Shown here: piece by piece, positions 1 to 13,611 of the stretch
Layout: every line of letters begins with the position of its first letter
Position numbering within the stretch: position 1 is the first letter of the stretch
Source of the DNA: Lepidodermella squamata
Lineage: Eukaryota > Animalia > Gastrotricha
Assembly (NCBI GenBank): GCA_047495785.1
Contig: JBLDXI010000024.1
Span: 558,001-622,000 of the forward strand
Length of the DNA stretch: 64,000 nucleotides
Reading direction: 5' to 3'
Notes under the pieces: model-generated
The model's input: only the letters and a program-made list of their open reading frames with translations
Database searches by the model: none
Told to the model about the DNA's origin: nothing
Position numbers and translations under genes: made by a program

Positions 1-576
1 AATAAACTTGCGCGCGCTTCGTCGTCGGCTTCTTTTTGTTGTTAATGGCGCGGAGAGGCAGACACAGCGCAGTGGCGGTCGCTCGCGGCAGTTTCGGCAC
101 TCGCGGCGCGCGTATGAGGGTAATCGGGCGAGAGGACTTAATGCCTTAACGTCGGCATCAGTCTGGTGCCAGCGCGAAACTAGCAATTTTACATTAGCCG
201 GTCAGGTAATTGCGGGTTCAACTTGCCCGCAAACGAACTAACCTGTGGGCCCCTGACTGCGAAACGCGTGCTCACTAGTCTCTCGACAGCAGTTCAAGAA
301 TACTTGTGGCCTTGTTGAGACTTTGTCCGTTTGTTGCATCCAACTTGCTCGCGAGTCGCGCTATTAGCAGTTTGTTTACCATCTCGTGTTCGTATCTCGT
401 GTTAGGAGCGCTTCTCATGGTGCTATCAAAACAGCCTTAATGCTCATTGTCTGTTTTAATTGAAATACCTACTATTTACTTTTGCACTCATCCTGCAACG
501 GGCGCTCGTCTCCATGTCTTCACGAGCACGATTGTTTATCTTTACCTAAAATCTTTGTCTATTTTCTCTCCCATAG

Positions 577-3500
577 CGATTACTTCCATTGGCTTGATTT
601 GGACAAGAAAGTTCTACGGCAAGACGTCACTCGTGTTTCGACGCTCTATTTTCGGATCAGGTATGTTTTTCCCACACTTTTCGGGCGTTGTGTGTGCTTA
701 GCATTGGTTAATTCGGCAAATATTCCGTGTTTTGCGGGCGCGCGCGCTGCGCTCATTGTGTGCCCGATCCAAGTCGTGAGCCGCGCAACTACTCACCCTA
801 CCGCAGCAGTGTTCCTCGACAGCAATTTGCATTTATTTCACCTGCACACCACAATTTGCGGCTGACAACGAATTTCAGCTACGGCCCCGGTTAATGTGTT
901 CGCTCGCTTTATTTTGTGCTGTAAATATGCCAGCGCTCGCGTCGTGGCATTTTGCGACGAAGCGTTTAATGTTGGCAGCCCTAATTTAAATTTAGGAGGT
1001 AGGACGTAGAATATATATATATATATATATATATGGCAAACCTTTCAGAGCGCGTGAGCTCACGTGAGCACAACACAGCAATTCAACATTTTTGGGCATT
1101 TTAATGACACCCCAATTTTGCGCAACCGTTGCCGTATTTGAATTAGCGCGCATTGAGCACGCGCGGCTCAGTCAGCCATAGTAACAACTGCTGAGCGTTT
1201 TTTCGACAACTACCCCGACAGTCCTACTGTTTTGCGAGCTTTTCAAGAGAGCAGCCCTAAACACTTATGTGCGACTCCCGTCTAGTGCGCACCTGGCCCT
1301 TGACGCGTCAAGAGTAGGGATGTCCGTTTCGGTTTATTGCGTGTTGCCTCCGGCCGTTTGGTTTATTTATTGTGTCATTTTCGAAGCGAATATACCTATG
1401 CGCGTAATCAATGTCACGTCCATTTCCGATGAGCACCTCATCGCTTTGTCGCTACTGCTATAATTGTCTTGGCGTTTGCTGAGACGGATAGTGCGATTGA
1501 AGATTATCTCGAGCCGCGCGCTTTGCATCATGTCGACGATGTGTACAAAACAACACGCGGCACACGGCCGACAACGGGCCCCACCCGTTATTGCATAAAT
1601 TATGCAAACATTTATGCATCATCACTGTTTTCCGGTGCACTTCACCGCCCTGTTCGTTATCTTATTGAATGTCATCGCACGCGCGTATTTTGTCAGCACG
1701 TATTCTTTATTACGGTATCCCGTCGGCCAATTTACGCTGCGACGCCAGAGTAGCGTTGACGCTAATCCGCGCGCCCGTTCGGTCCCATTATTATTTTGTT
1801 TTGCTTTCTTCTCGCGTCTTGTGCGCGCACACCTCCAGCTATGCAAATCCCATTATCATCGTCTGGTCTCACTGGTCCGGTATAACTAAGCTATAAATCT
1901 GCTATATCTCTTCCTGGCAGGTGTTCTGTGCGGCACACAGCAGTAGCTCACCCCGTTGCGCGCGATGAAACGTCTTTTTGTTCCGTTTCTGTTTGTCGAG
2001 CGACTTTCACGCTCCGAGATGCGCATCGCACTACCCCGCAGCGTCTTTTTCCTCGCTTCGCCGATACACACAATAGATACAAAATACCTATATCTCTTTA
2101 CTCTATTAATTAAATATCTCTTTGATGTCCTAGATTCTACCACGAATCTATCTGTTGCCTCGACGATCTGCTCGCAGTAGCTTTTTACTACCTGAGTGCC
2201 AGAAACCTTCTGACCTCGGGCTCCCTGCACTGCTCAACCTCGACGTTCTTTCAACTAGTCGCGCTCGTCCTTCAAGCGGGTACCGGCGACTTCGTTGACG
2301 AACAAACCACCCAGCTCCTCGTTGACAAACTCGGCCTCGTGCCTGCCACAGTCAAGGCGAAAGTTTCCTCAGTCGACGAAATAATCCAAACCATTGCGAC
2401 CCAACACGCTTCCCTGTCCGGTATGTTTTGACTCCACCTTAATCTTGTGAAAATATTTCAATTTTTGTTTTCTTTTAAGGCTGCTCTAGCGGCACGGCTC
2501 TTGTACGATTCATGGAGGTCGCACAGAAGTTGCCGGTCTACGGCGTGCATTTGTACCACGTCAAAGACAAGGCCAACTCCCCGACCGTGCTTGGCATCTG
2601 CTCGCGCGGCATTCTCGAGTACGCCCACGGTGCCGACTTGTGCGGCCCGCCGACCTACTTCTACGAGTGGGAACAACTCGAAAACCTCTTTCACCGTGAT
2701 TGCAAATTCACCATCGAATTCCACCAGTCGCGCACTCTGCCTTCGACCACCTCTCTCCAGAACGGCGCTCAACAAGCGCAGAACCGGCAGGCGCGCGTTC
2801 CCGCCACCCCGAGTGGCACTACCGGTCAGCGTGCCACCACCCGCGCCTGGACCACGCCGTCAGAACTCGTTGCTCAATCCGTCTGGTACAACGCTGTACA
2901 ACAACACAATTTCTACCTGAGTCGGGAAGGAAGCCGTCGCTCGGTTAACCCGCTTCCGACCATGCAAACCATCGCCTCCTCAATCGACATCGATCGCGAA
3001 GTCTCGTCGCGACTTCTGTTGAAGCCATCGACCAATGTCGTCGCCTCGACGAACGTGCCTCAAATCGAAAAGGAAAACTCAGTGGTGCAACAAGTCGACC
3101 AGGTGCCTAGCACCGCCGCGTCGCAAACCGTCAAGGTGCCGCCTGGTGTTGACTCGGAAAAGCTGCAACGCTACCTCGAGCTGAAACAACGCCGCAACAT
3201 TCTGCGTGAATCTCTGGCTATGAAACGCCAACTTCTGCGTGAAGTCTGCATGCAGGAGGCGAAGTTGACCGGCGAACTGCCCCTCGAATACCCGCTTGCT
3301 CCGGGCGAGGACAGGCCGCTGCTCGTGCCGACCAGCTACACTCTTTCCACTCGGTTGTTGTCTCACTCACCCTCGACGTCGAACACAAACGCGGCGAAAA
3401 ACTCCTCGCAATCGCCGAATGCTGTGCAAATCGACACCGGGTTCGCCGCTATCGTTGATCTCGAAAGCCAAATCGAACTCCATCGTCAAATTGTCAACGC

Positions 3501-5298
3501 CAAGCTACGGCTAGCGCAAGACAAGGGCCAACCTCGCAAAATTCGTAACCAACGCATGAAGGACTATCAAGAGTCTCTCACCCGCGTTACCCTCCTCGAA
3601 GAAAAGTTGCGATTGGTACGTTCAACGATTTTCTATGTTTGTTTCAGTATTTTAATGTCTTTCGTTATTTTAAGGCTTTCCATCAGCAACAACAACGCCT
3701 CCAACAACCCAGCCTTCGTCAACCAGTCGTTCATCCGGCTATTATCAATCGTCGCACCGGCTTTGAAGAAGTCGAAAACGGTGTGATCTCGAAGGAGACC
3801 TCGTCACCTCTCTCTTCCCTCTCGTCATCGGGCATCGGCGGCGGCATTTCGACACCCTCGGTTGGCAACGGCTCGGCTGGCCTGCTCAGCAAAGCCAAGT
3901 CTCTGCAAGACTGCCGGCGGCTATCGGACGGCTCGACCTCGCTCGGTGGCTCAGCGTTGAGCTTGCATCAACACTCGATCGACGCTCTGCCTCCAGCGTC
4001 TAACAGCAATGCGCAAGTGGCGACTGCAGTGTCATCGGCTAACACCCTGCCGGCATCGCGTGTCTCTGGTGCTTATTCGACTACCGGTGTGGCGATGGCG
4101 AATATGAGCAATGGCCAGAACTACGATGCGCTCTACAACGCGTTTAGCCACTCTCGTCAAACATACCGGTCGTTCACTGCTGGTGGCGATTTTCCTGGCA
4201 TGTCATCGCCTTCATCCGGCGGCTACCCGCCATCTCGGATCCACAGTTACGACACCGTCGTCTCTAATGGCCGTGTTGTTGGCTCAGCTACTATGCGCGG
4301 CTCGGCGGCCATCGCAAAGAGCATCGACTCCGGTTTCCATGACGTCGCGCCGGCAGCTGCCTCGTCGCATGATTACCTTCCGCAAACATGCAGGCCGCCT
4401 CTTTCGCCCGTGCTGTCGACTCCGCGGACAGCGCCATCGACACCCGGATCGCCCCTCCGCTGCACATGCGGCACCACTGGCAACGCATCGGCGACGACTC
4501 CTAAAAACCCGCAATGCCACCGTGTTCAAAACAATCAATGTCAAGTGCAATCGGCGATCGCTCGTGGTCAGCTGTACTCTGTCTCCGAGCACGCGACCTG
4601 CATCGACGCCAACGCATCTCCGGCTATTCCGAAATCAGCCCAAGCATGTGTTATGCGGAAGCCGTACAAATCCGAAACCAGCCTTAACCGCTCTGGGGCG
4701 TTGCAATGTGAACCGTCGACCGCCACCTTGACGCCGAGCAACGCTTACGTGACGACCCGCGCGCCTGGTTACAACCAGTTCTCGCCAGCAACCGTTGGCT
4801 CGCCAGTGTCCGAAGTAGCCTGCTCGCCTCTTGCGACTGCCGACGATGCCGACTCGCCTCGTGATGGCGCCATGCCCGTTCGTGTCTACGCTCGCTCGCC
4901 ATGGACTGCCAAGGCCTACGTGTCGCCTCGCCGCTACTCCGGTTCCGGCGCTCACCAGTCTCAGTCACAGCAAAATTGGCAGCCAGCCGATTCCTCGTCA
5001 ACCGTTATGACCCCTCGTCAATACACCCGTGCCAACACCGTACCCGACTATGCCCTTCATTCGACAACTTCCTCCTCATCTAGCTTGTAAGTCGTTGCTA
5101 AAATTTAAAATCGGTTGAAAATAAATATTTTTTCTTAATTTCAGAAGCAGCTTCGCTGTAAATTCTCAACTCGCGACTGATTTCAGCTCTGAAATGTTGC
5201 AATGGTACGAAGAGTACCTGCCTGGCAACCATCAAAAGCAGCAATCTCAACAATCGGGCGCGCCTGCTAATGCGAATCAACAACCAACGTTCGTATAA
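577..5298 (+). CDS. FRMD4: FERM domain-containing protein 4 (FRMD4A/B-like), 5'-partial; exons 577-660, 2134-2420, 2480-3615, 3675-5086, 5145-5298
   Basis: Spliced translation DYFHWLDLDKKVLRQD..LYFRIR|FYHESI..LVLQAGTGDF..LPVYGVHLYHVKDK (FERM lobes); CUPID motif LREVCMQEAKLTGELPLEYPLAPGE; C-terminus FSSEMLQWYE..PTFV (class I PDZ-binding motif). All junctions GT-AG and in phase. Confidence 0.92.
1012..1034. repeat. (TA)n microsatellite in FRMD4 intron
   Basis: About 11 TA units seen directly. Confidence 0.9.
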
Positions 5299-6980
5299 TA
5301 GCAAAGCCACTCTTCCCTCCACCTCTTGTCCCTCCTCTTGTGATGCAAAATCCTATTCATATCTCTAGTGGTGAAAGAAAGCTTCTCAAGCGTTAGTGCT
5401 CCTGATAATTCGGTAGCAACTGCTGAAATACCTGAACTCGCTTTAACTAATCAACTAACGACTACTAATTAATTTCGTAGATTATGAAACAGATAGAATT
5501 GCTCCATTTTCACTCCTTCATTTTATACTATCATTACTGTTTCTGTCATCTCAATCACGGAACCGCGTATATTGGCTTTCATGTTGACTAGAATGCGCCG
5601 TCACATTGTCAGCCGTCGACCTCAGGCTATGCCTCTGGTTAGCATTCCTTCGGTTCGCGATCTTATTTCTTCGAATGGCAATAACTCTATCGGGGACCAA
5701 GTTGGCGCTGTTGCTGGTCTCTCTTTGTATGCCGTGTCGGTCTGGTTGCGAAATGTTTTGCATAAACAATGACTTACTGTCTTTCTTCGCCTCCACATAT
5801 TGAGCGCGGTTGTTGGCAGTTACTGAAATACCGAGCACTGTTCACCACAAAATTTATTTTTTATTGTTGCAAAATATTTTAAAAGATTCTCGACTGGTTT
5901 GTCATATCGTATTTGCTTTGCTTTACGTACCAGTCTGCCTACTCTTTTTTATGTTTTATTCTATTCCTCAAAAATTAATTATAGATATAACTTCAGTCTC
6001 TTGAAAATTCTTATATAATAGGCACATCGACATTGCGGAAACCGTAATACATCGCACGTTCGACTCGTTGGATATTTCAAGTCGAACTGAGTTGAAAAAT
6101 GTATATCAAATGAATCGTCATTTTATGGTTTCTTGATGAAATGAGGAAAGGCTTGTTGCACTTTGTTATTTGACTTTGTTGAAAACAATCGGATGTATCG
6201 AAAATGAGAAAAGCTCACTAATAGGACCACAATAAAATGAAAATAATGTCCAGCTCTGATTTGTTTTGCTAAATTTCGATGTACGGTGTTCGTATAACGC
6301 TAAAGGTTCGGCTGTTCACGTATTGTTGTGCTTGGATTGATCAAAAAGTGCGGAGCTGAGCAAGGGTTTTATACTTAATTTCGTTAATGGACATGCGTGA
6401 AGATTTGCTACCTTCCGATGACTGGTTTTGGATGTGAACTATGTCCCTGGGGATGTGAATCGTTGTTTTTACTTGACAGTGATATCGAATTGGTGGTATG
6501 AGATGTTTTGTTGACCTATGTTCTTGGCAGAGAAGGTATGAAAATTTGCACGCTGGATATAACGAGATGAACACTACGAGAGAATAAATCTAACGCGAAA
6601 TCGAATTTTCTGTTTTTATCTTATTGAGACGGTTATTACTAAACGGTTTGACAGCAAATTATATCCATAAATCTGCTTGAAATTCTTTCGAGACCCAGGT
6701 CAAACCTCGTTTTCCAAATAGTCAGTCAGTGCGCGGTGTAGGATGATACTGTGCCAGCCTTGTGACATTTACGGATGTTTATCAATTTTGGTTTGGTTCC
6801 TTCCTTTGTTCAGCCATGCTCAATCAAACTGGCAGATGGATAAGTTTGAAACAATGTGAAACATTTAATGAGATGTAAAGGTGACTAATTTTGAAATGAC
6901 AAATGTTTACCTCAACGGCTATTAAATGGCACAAAATTCAGCTAATTGGCAATGATACATAATTTCAACTTCTTACTCTA

Positions 6981-7426
6981 TCACTTCATAACACAAGCTA
7001 TTGCGGTAAAAATTATTGTTAACATTGCAGATAAATTTGCTTCCGACGATTTATTGCATAGTGATTTGGCGCAGCAGTGCAGTTCGGTGCTTTTGGATAA
7101 AGCAGTGGGTTTACAAAATGAGGCCGTTACGCAACCTCGTGTAGCCTCGATCCCGCTGAAAAAATACGTTGCAATATGTTTAATTTACATCGTGATAGCT
7201 TACTCCACTCGTTGCTTCATGCAGAGGTCGTTGCTACCGGGCTTGCATGTGACTTGCACCAAGCTTGCGCCTACTCGTGAAAATGAGCGTTCTCTATTTC
7301 CTTCATCGAGAAGGCTGACTTACCTTCCCAGCACGAAGACCCCGGCCCACAGCTGTAGCAAGAGTCAACCACTGCTTCGATTTGCTGACCGACTAGCACT
7401 ACAATAATTGCTGCCACTAGTTTCAT
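6981..7426 (-). CDS. Ly6/uPAR (three-finger, quiver/sleepless-like) GPI-anchored protein, 114 aa; exons 7426-7324, 7270-7204, 7155-6981
   Basis: Not in ORF track. Spliced translation MKLVAAIIVVLVGQQIEAVVDSCYSCGPGSSCWEGASLVQVTCKPGSNDLCMKQRVDGIEATRGCVTASFCKPTALSKSTELHCCAKSLCNKSSEANLSAMLTIIFTAIACVMK: signal peptide, 10 Cys with CxxC start and CCxxxLCN end, hydrophobic tail; 53 and 48 bp GTAAG..AG introns in phase. Confidence 0.9.
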
Positions 7427-8271
7427 CAACAGTGACTTCTTAGGTTAAAAATGTGAGAAAATGTCTGCGATTTTAATATTTAGGTCACGCCTGGATAATA
7501 TAAAAGAAATAGCAATTCATCACAAATCACGCCATTTATTTAGTTTTACCGCGCTTTATGCCGCTTCGAGGGTAATTCGGAGTAGTTGATAGCGATATTT
7601 TAGAAATATGAGCGTTATTCGGCCTATGCTTGACATCCCATAAGTGGCAGAGCCATTAAATTAACTTATCATTACGCGGATAATCGGTTTTACGCCACAC
7701 AAAAATGTAACTAACCCAGCAAAAAATGAAATGTAGACGGTAAATTGTCCATTGCCTCCATTCAACGAGGGGCCGCTGCCTCTCATAAAAGTCATTATCG
7801 ACTTTTCCCGGGGATTTATCGAGTTCTTTGTCAAATATAAACCACTGAAAAGGCCACTGTCACCTCATTCAGCGGTTGAGAATAATGGATCAATAATTGG
7901 TTTACATTCCTATTATTTGTTTCGCGCTCTACCAGAATTACTCAGACGATCGCTACCGTTCAGGGCGACGGTTTTCAACCCCTCAATCATAATAAGAGAC
8001 CGACAACAGATTCATCTTCTTTTTTATTTGATAAATTTCATCACATAACGATGCATGACAATATAACTGAGAACTGAGTACTAGGTATACGCTTCACTAA
8101 AAATTCATATATATTTCATTTTTTCATAAGATAGGTTCGCGAGTTTGGACATTGCAATGCCAATGGTCTCAACTCAATAAATTTAATGGCACATATACGT
8201 TTTAATTTCGATTCGCGAATGTGAAGTGAGAACAAGAAAATAAAAAGTGATGAAGATAACCAGTTATTAAT

Positions 8272-10436
8272 TTAATGTTCGCCTTGATTTCCGATGCGTG
8301 GAAGTGAACCTTCCGGTATTGAGGTCGATCCATCCCCGAGCCGCCAACGGAATAGAGCGCCGTCGGCGCCACAGCTAACAATATAACGAGCATTCGGGCA
8401 GATGCGCAATGCAGTGATAGCCTTGCTGTGACCCAATCCAACTTGAACAATATCACCTTCGTTATATCGCCAGACTCTAACTATACGATCGTCACCACCA
8501 GTAACAAATCTTCGGCCATTTCCGTTTTCTATATCCATGCTGTTGACAGCTCCTGCCCGACTTGCATCGAGCTCTCGGACCTTGGAACCGTCGAAAGTTT
8601 CCCAATAGCCAACTTTACGATCGGTTCCAGAAGCAAGCAGCTGAAATTCTGCAGGATGATAAGCTACGCAACGGAATAGTGTATTTGCGAAAATGACTTG
8701 ACTTCGAACAAAGCGCTGCAAATCCCAAATAATGCACGAACCATCTGAGCTCGCGGTGACGCATTCACGGTCATTTTTGCGCAAGCGAATGCATGCCACA
8801 GTTGCAGTGTGTTCTTTCATTGCCTCGCGAAGTCGAGCAACGTAGCACGGTCCTTTGGGTGTCTGGCCTATTTCCAAGTCCCAAACGCGAACTTGACCTT
8901 CGCCGCCACCACTCACAATTCGCCGGCAATCAGAAGTAACAGCCACAGCTGTCACTCCTTTGCTGTGGGCGTTATCAATCAAATACATCAGTTGTCCTGA
9001 TTCAGGGAAAAAAGATCGAATGCGTCCATCGTCCCATCCCGTGATAATCTGCTTGCCGTCGTTGGTAAAGGTCATTCCCATGCAAGTCATGTTGGGAACG
9101 ACAATACGCAATAATTCGCGACCCGTGAGCAGGTGCCAGACCCTGACATCTTCGTAAGAGCAAGTGCCGACCAGTTCTGAGCATCCACTAGGGAATGCCA
9201 CGTCATTCACTTGCTTGCTGTGACAGGTGTTGAGAAGTTGCAGCGTAAAATCAGATAGTGTGAGCTTGTAAATGTGGCATTTGTTTGTGCCAATATACAC
9301 CTAAAAAATAAGTGTCGATTCGTAAGCTGGAATAATTATTCTGTCAACCAACCTCGTATCCTTCACCTCTGCATGTAATAGATGTAACGACTCCATCCAC
9401 CTTAACGGATTTTCTAAAAGAAATTGTCATTACCCGATGCTCTGTCTTAACTATGAATCGACTTACTTGGGAACTCGTTTCATATCGTCGTCCAGAAGAC
9501 ATACAGTACCGTCGCCACTGCCCACTAATATACCGCCCTCGGCGACGAACATCTGTTGAATAGCAGTGACACCTTGAGCGAACACTTGCTTCAATGGTAT
9601 CGGACCCCTGTTACGCAAAACTCTGGCCTGTACGCTGATGGCAAGGATATCACCGCTCGTTGTTCCACACCACAATAAGCTATCATCATTGCTGGCATGG
9701 ATGCTTTCAACTACACGCTTAGTCTGACCAGTTTGAACTTCGGTCGGCCTGATTTTACGATTTTCCGGATCGAGCTCCCAGACGCGAATTGTTCCTTGCC
9801 CAGCAGTGAAAAAAAGTTCGTCGCAAGTTGATGCAAAGCGAACGCGACGGGTAATGCCAGCACTAGTGGGTTGAGCTGGCGCTCCACATATCGCATCTCG
9901 CCGCTCCAAACTCCAGATCACAACACTGCCGTCATCCTCGCCGCCCAGCGTTACCAAAAATTTATCATTCGGAGAGATGTCTAAATCTTGTACTTTCACT
10001 TTGTGTAAAACGAATTTAGCGTATTGACTACGTCCCTCCCATTCCCAGACGATAACCTCAGCCTATAATCAAGAATAATGATAATAAAGACCAGCCGTCA
10101 AAATATCCGATGTTTTACCTTGAAACCCATATGAGTCAGCTGACCTGATGCCAGGAAGCGACCCGATCGAGATAACGTTAAGCAAGTAATGTCATTGGAA
10201 TGACCACTAAGAAAGCATTGCTGACGAGTTCTTACATCCTCGACTACAATAGTGCTGCCAAGAGGGTACACCAGGTGTTGCCGATCCGGATGAAACCGAA
10301 GGCCACAGCTTATGTCGCCTGTGGAGAGACTTGATTAAACATAATTACTTTTGGAAATCGTAAACACACCAGAAAATCCAATGACAGACTGCAGCTCCAA
10401 TTCAGAAATAGCCTGCGCGTCGTTTTCCAATGCCAT
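8272..10436 (-). CDS. CFAP52: Cilia- and flagella-associated protein 52 (WDR16), multi-exon WD40 protein
   Basis: Starts MALENDAQAISELELQSVIGFSG; motifs HLVYPLGSTIVV, LGGEDDGSVVIW, RKIRPTEVQTGQTKR, GWDDGRIRSFFPESG, GTDRKVGYWETFDGS typical of CFAP52. Confidence 0.93.
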
Positions 10437-10515
10437 GATATCAGAGCAGTTATAAATTGCAAGAAAAATTCCGCCTGATCAACGGACGATCGGAACATGC
10501 GACCTGTTTGCTCAC

Positions 10516-10530
10516 GTCGTCTCGAGCAAC
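10516..10530. promoter_or_regulatory. Putative RFX X-box upstream of CFAP52
   Basis: GTCGTC-TCG-AGCAAC is a near match to GTNRCC-N(0-3)-RGYAAC, about 80 bp upstream of the ATG of a ciliary gene. Confidence 0.5.
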
Positions 10531-11615
10531 ATTTCTGTATCCAATGTCAACAACTAAAGCAATTTTTATGACATTAGTTTAATGGTTATAAAAACTGTTA
10601 ATCATGATTCTATCAAGTTATATGGTGAAAACTGAAAAGTGATAAAAAAAAGTTCTCAGTTGTTGTTCGACCGTTCGACGCGATGACGTGTACGACGCCA
10701 AATGTATCCAAGCAAAAGGTGTCTTTCCGTTTTTTGTCTTCTGTCTCCTTTGTTATTGACCGCTTTCCAGTTGTTGGTAATAACTTGAATTATATTGTTG
10801 GCAGGTTTTAGACATGTAAGGCAATATCTATCGGCTGACCAATCATCCCTGCAGTACCCCTATACCCTGTAGTAAAACTAACCTTGAGTTTCCAACCTTG
10901 AGACAGTGATAATAATTCTCATTAATGTGGTAATTAGAGATCCACTACCTGTGTAACTTTCCAGTAACCTCATTGCTTTTTTATATTGGACTGTCGTGTT
11001 CTACGTGGCATTACCTTTTGCGTTGGTGTGGTCGCCTTCGTTCGCGTTGCGATATTCGTTGCGTATTTTCTTTCCGAGTGAACCCTACAAGCCTTCAAAG
11101 GCTAAAATGTGGGTAATCGCGTTTTAAAGATTCGCTATTTATTTAATATTTACGGGTTACGGGGCCAATAGTTCGTCCTATGGTCGCGAACCTTACAAAA
11201 AGGGGAACGGCGTTCCCTGGATGTCATCCAAAATCTTGTAACAAACTTGTAAATTTACAGTACTACAGTAGTAAACTGCACTTTTTACACTTTCAAACTC
11301 TTGGCCTAAATAAGAGCAAAATAAGAGCAAGTCGCTCGTGAGAAACGTTTGAAAGTCTTTGTCGCGCTAAGGATTCCAAACTAATACTCAACGTTTCTAA
11401 TCATTCCCCCCTGAATACTTACTCTTCGAAAAAGAACGATACAACTATTCATAGCTCATAGCTATTAAAAAATATTCATTCGAGCTTTTTGTCGAGATCC
11501 TAGTCGATGTCATGCTTGACCTTCCTTTGTCCTTTGCTGATGCGCAACAGCACTTGTTACAGCATGATTAATTGTTACGTTCTTCATCTGACATGCTAGG
11601 TAACGGAAGATCTGA

Positions 11616-12005
11616 ATGGTTTACGTTACCTCTGATGGTCGTATTCTGGAGAGGAGACCCTTCTACGGGTCAATAGTCGAATTTTTCTGGGGATTGATCA
11701 ATGTTCTCTATTTATTGTAAGTGAATTCAGTTTTATACTGTTTATTTTCATCTTTAATAATTTTTCAGTTTCAATACGCTCATTCCCGTCGATACTAATC
11801 AATTGAGACCTGAGGAGAGTCGAAATCGTCGCCCTGGCGGCTCATCAGCGGCGCCACGTCCACCTGGGAGAAGAGAAATTGGCCGAGTGAGGACTACACG
11901 TAAATATATTTCCGAATGTTTACTGTTTACCTCATATTCGCCTGATTTTCCGTTACAGAAGGCCCTTCGCCTCCACCCTGCGGTGCTGCCGGCGGATGAG
12001 GTTAA
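11616..12005 (+). CDS. SELENOK: Selenoprotein K, 92 aa, in-frame UGA (11997-11999) read as Sec; exons 11616-11716, 11769-11899, 11959-12005
   Basis: MVYVTSDGRILERRPFYGSIVEFFWGLINVLYLFFNTLIP..RPPGRREIGRVRTTQGPSPPPCGAAGGUG*: matches SelK layout (MVY..G, FFWG TM helix, G/P/R-rich tail, GGUG end); SECIS follows. Confidence 0.93.
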
Positions 12006-12090
12006 GCCCCGGTGCGTCTGTGAGGTATCATAGATGCCCGGGGTAGACCTTGCTCAAACGCAGATGAACATGTTCCTGCTTTCCAGGTTC

Positions 12091-12154
12091 GCTCTGGAAT
12101 TCATGACGTCGCTAGAGTAAACGCAATTGATGCGCCTCATGTGACTGACGGAGC
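12091..12154 (+). promoter_or_regulatory. Eukaryotic SECIS element (type II) in SELENOK 3' UTR
   Basis: Lower stem GCTCTG/CGGAGC, core ATGAC (12103) / TGAC (12146), upper stem GTCGCTAGAG/CTCATGTGAC, unpaired AAA (12119-12121), apical mini-stem CGCA/TGCG. Confidence 0.9.
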
Positions 12155-13611
12155 AGCGAGTATCTCATTCTGACGTTTGACGTTTTTTAAATATTATTTT
12201 ACATATGTTATGAATGACTTCCTGCTGAATAAAACACAAAAAATTGAGGGAAAAACTCGTTGTCTCAGAATTCAAACACTTTATTCCGCGTGCGCATTCA
12301 GAAGTTACAATTTATGTTCCAGTAAAAAAATGAAGAACGACCACGTAGTTGTACATTTTAAATAATACATTCATGATTTTCTGCAAGTCGCGAAGCGAAC
12401 TCTCAACTTCATCGTCATTGCTTCTTGCAGGGCAATGCGATTAAACCCCAACACCTTAGTTGATAGATCTGCCGTTCTTTGGATGACGATCAAAGAACGA
12501 GCGGTACGATGACTAAGAACAGCACGCCATGTATGCCTCAACAGCCGAGTCAACACTATATCGTAATAAATAAATATTCTCTCCAACGAAAGGAAAGGCT
12601 GCGTAACCAAAGGTTTCAATCAGAACATTATGATTATTACAAATCACAAACAACAAAAATGGCAAAGCTTTGAAGAGCAGTTAAGATAGCGATATCCGTG
12701 AATTAAAAGCAATGACGAGTCATCAGTATATTAGTATCAGTGTATTCAGTATAACCTGAAGAACTGAACGAACTTGAAGATGTAATTTGTAATTGCTTGA
12801 AGATGACATCAGACACCAGCCGAGGAAAAACATTCAGATGGATTTGGCCTTTACTAATAGATACTGAAGAATTATTTTTACCACGAACGCAGGTAAATAC
12901 AGTGCATTTCAATAGCTACAAAAATCTAACCGTACCAATCACTCTAAATTTTAACAAAAATAGCATTGAATAATACGCCAAATGAAAGAAGAAGTGAACT
13001 AAGGGGGCAAATGAAGAATTCTATACCCAATTAAATTGAAGTTTCCGAATAGGGGTTTGACACTATATTTCATCGATGTTTTTTTTCCGTTTCGAAGCTA
13101 AATTCAATGAACAAAAAGAGCACACTAATAATTGAAACATACACTGCACGCTGTGTGAGTAAAAATGCCAAAATAAAACGACTACATCTCTTTACAACAA
13201 ATCAAACAATAATTGTATAATATAATAGCATTTGGTTATCAGAAGAATGATTCATTTTAGCTTTTTCAGTGGGCAGCTGCACTGGACGTTTTGCCGATGA
13301 TAGAGGGTTAGAACAAAGTGTTCAGTGTTTAATATGTACGGAACACAGAGAATAGAGATTCACGGACTAGCGACTGAAAGCTATCGAAATATTTACGAAA
13401 AGAAAGTATTCAAAGAAACGACAGAGGTAATTGCCTTCTTACAAAACATCAAACTGTCCAGTTTCATAGATAAGTAAAACGAGCAACAAAAGTGAGCGCA
13501 AGCAAACGCAGGGTAGTACACGCGGGTGCAATAGCAAAATTAGCGCAAGTAATTCAAGCTGAGGCGGATCCACCAGGTTGAGACATGATATTAATTTTCG
13601 ATAGGTTGTCA

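Noticed and set aside
2447-5322. Numerous overlapping and antisense ORFs over FRMD4 and other genes
   Set aside because: Shadow ORFs expected from GC-rich codon usage of the real CDS.
6001-6900. Fragmentary minus-strand frames downstream of the Ly6 gene
   Set aside because: Could not assemble an in-phase spliced model; stops in all frames.
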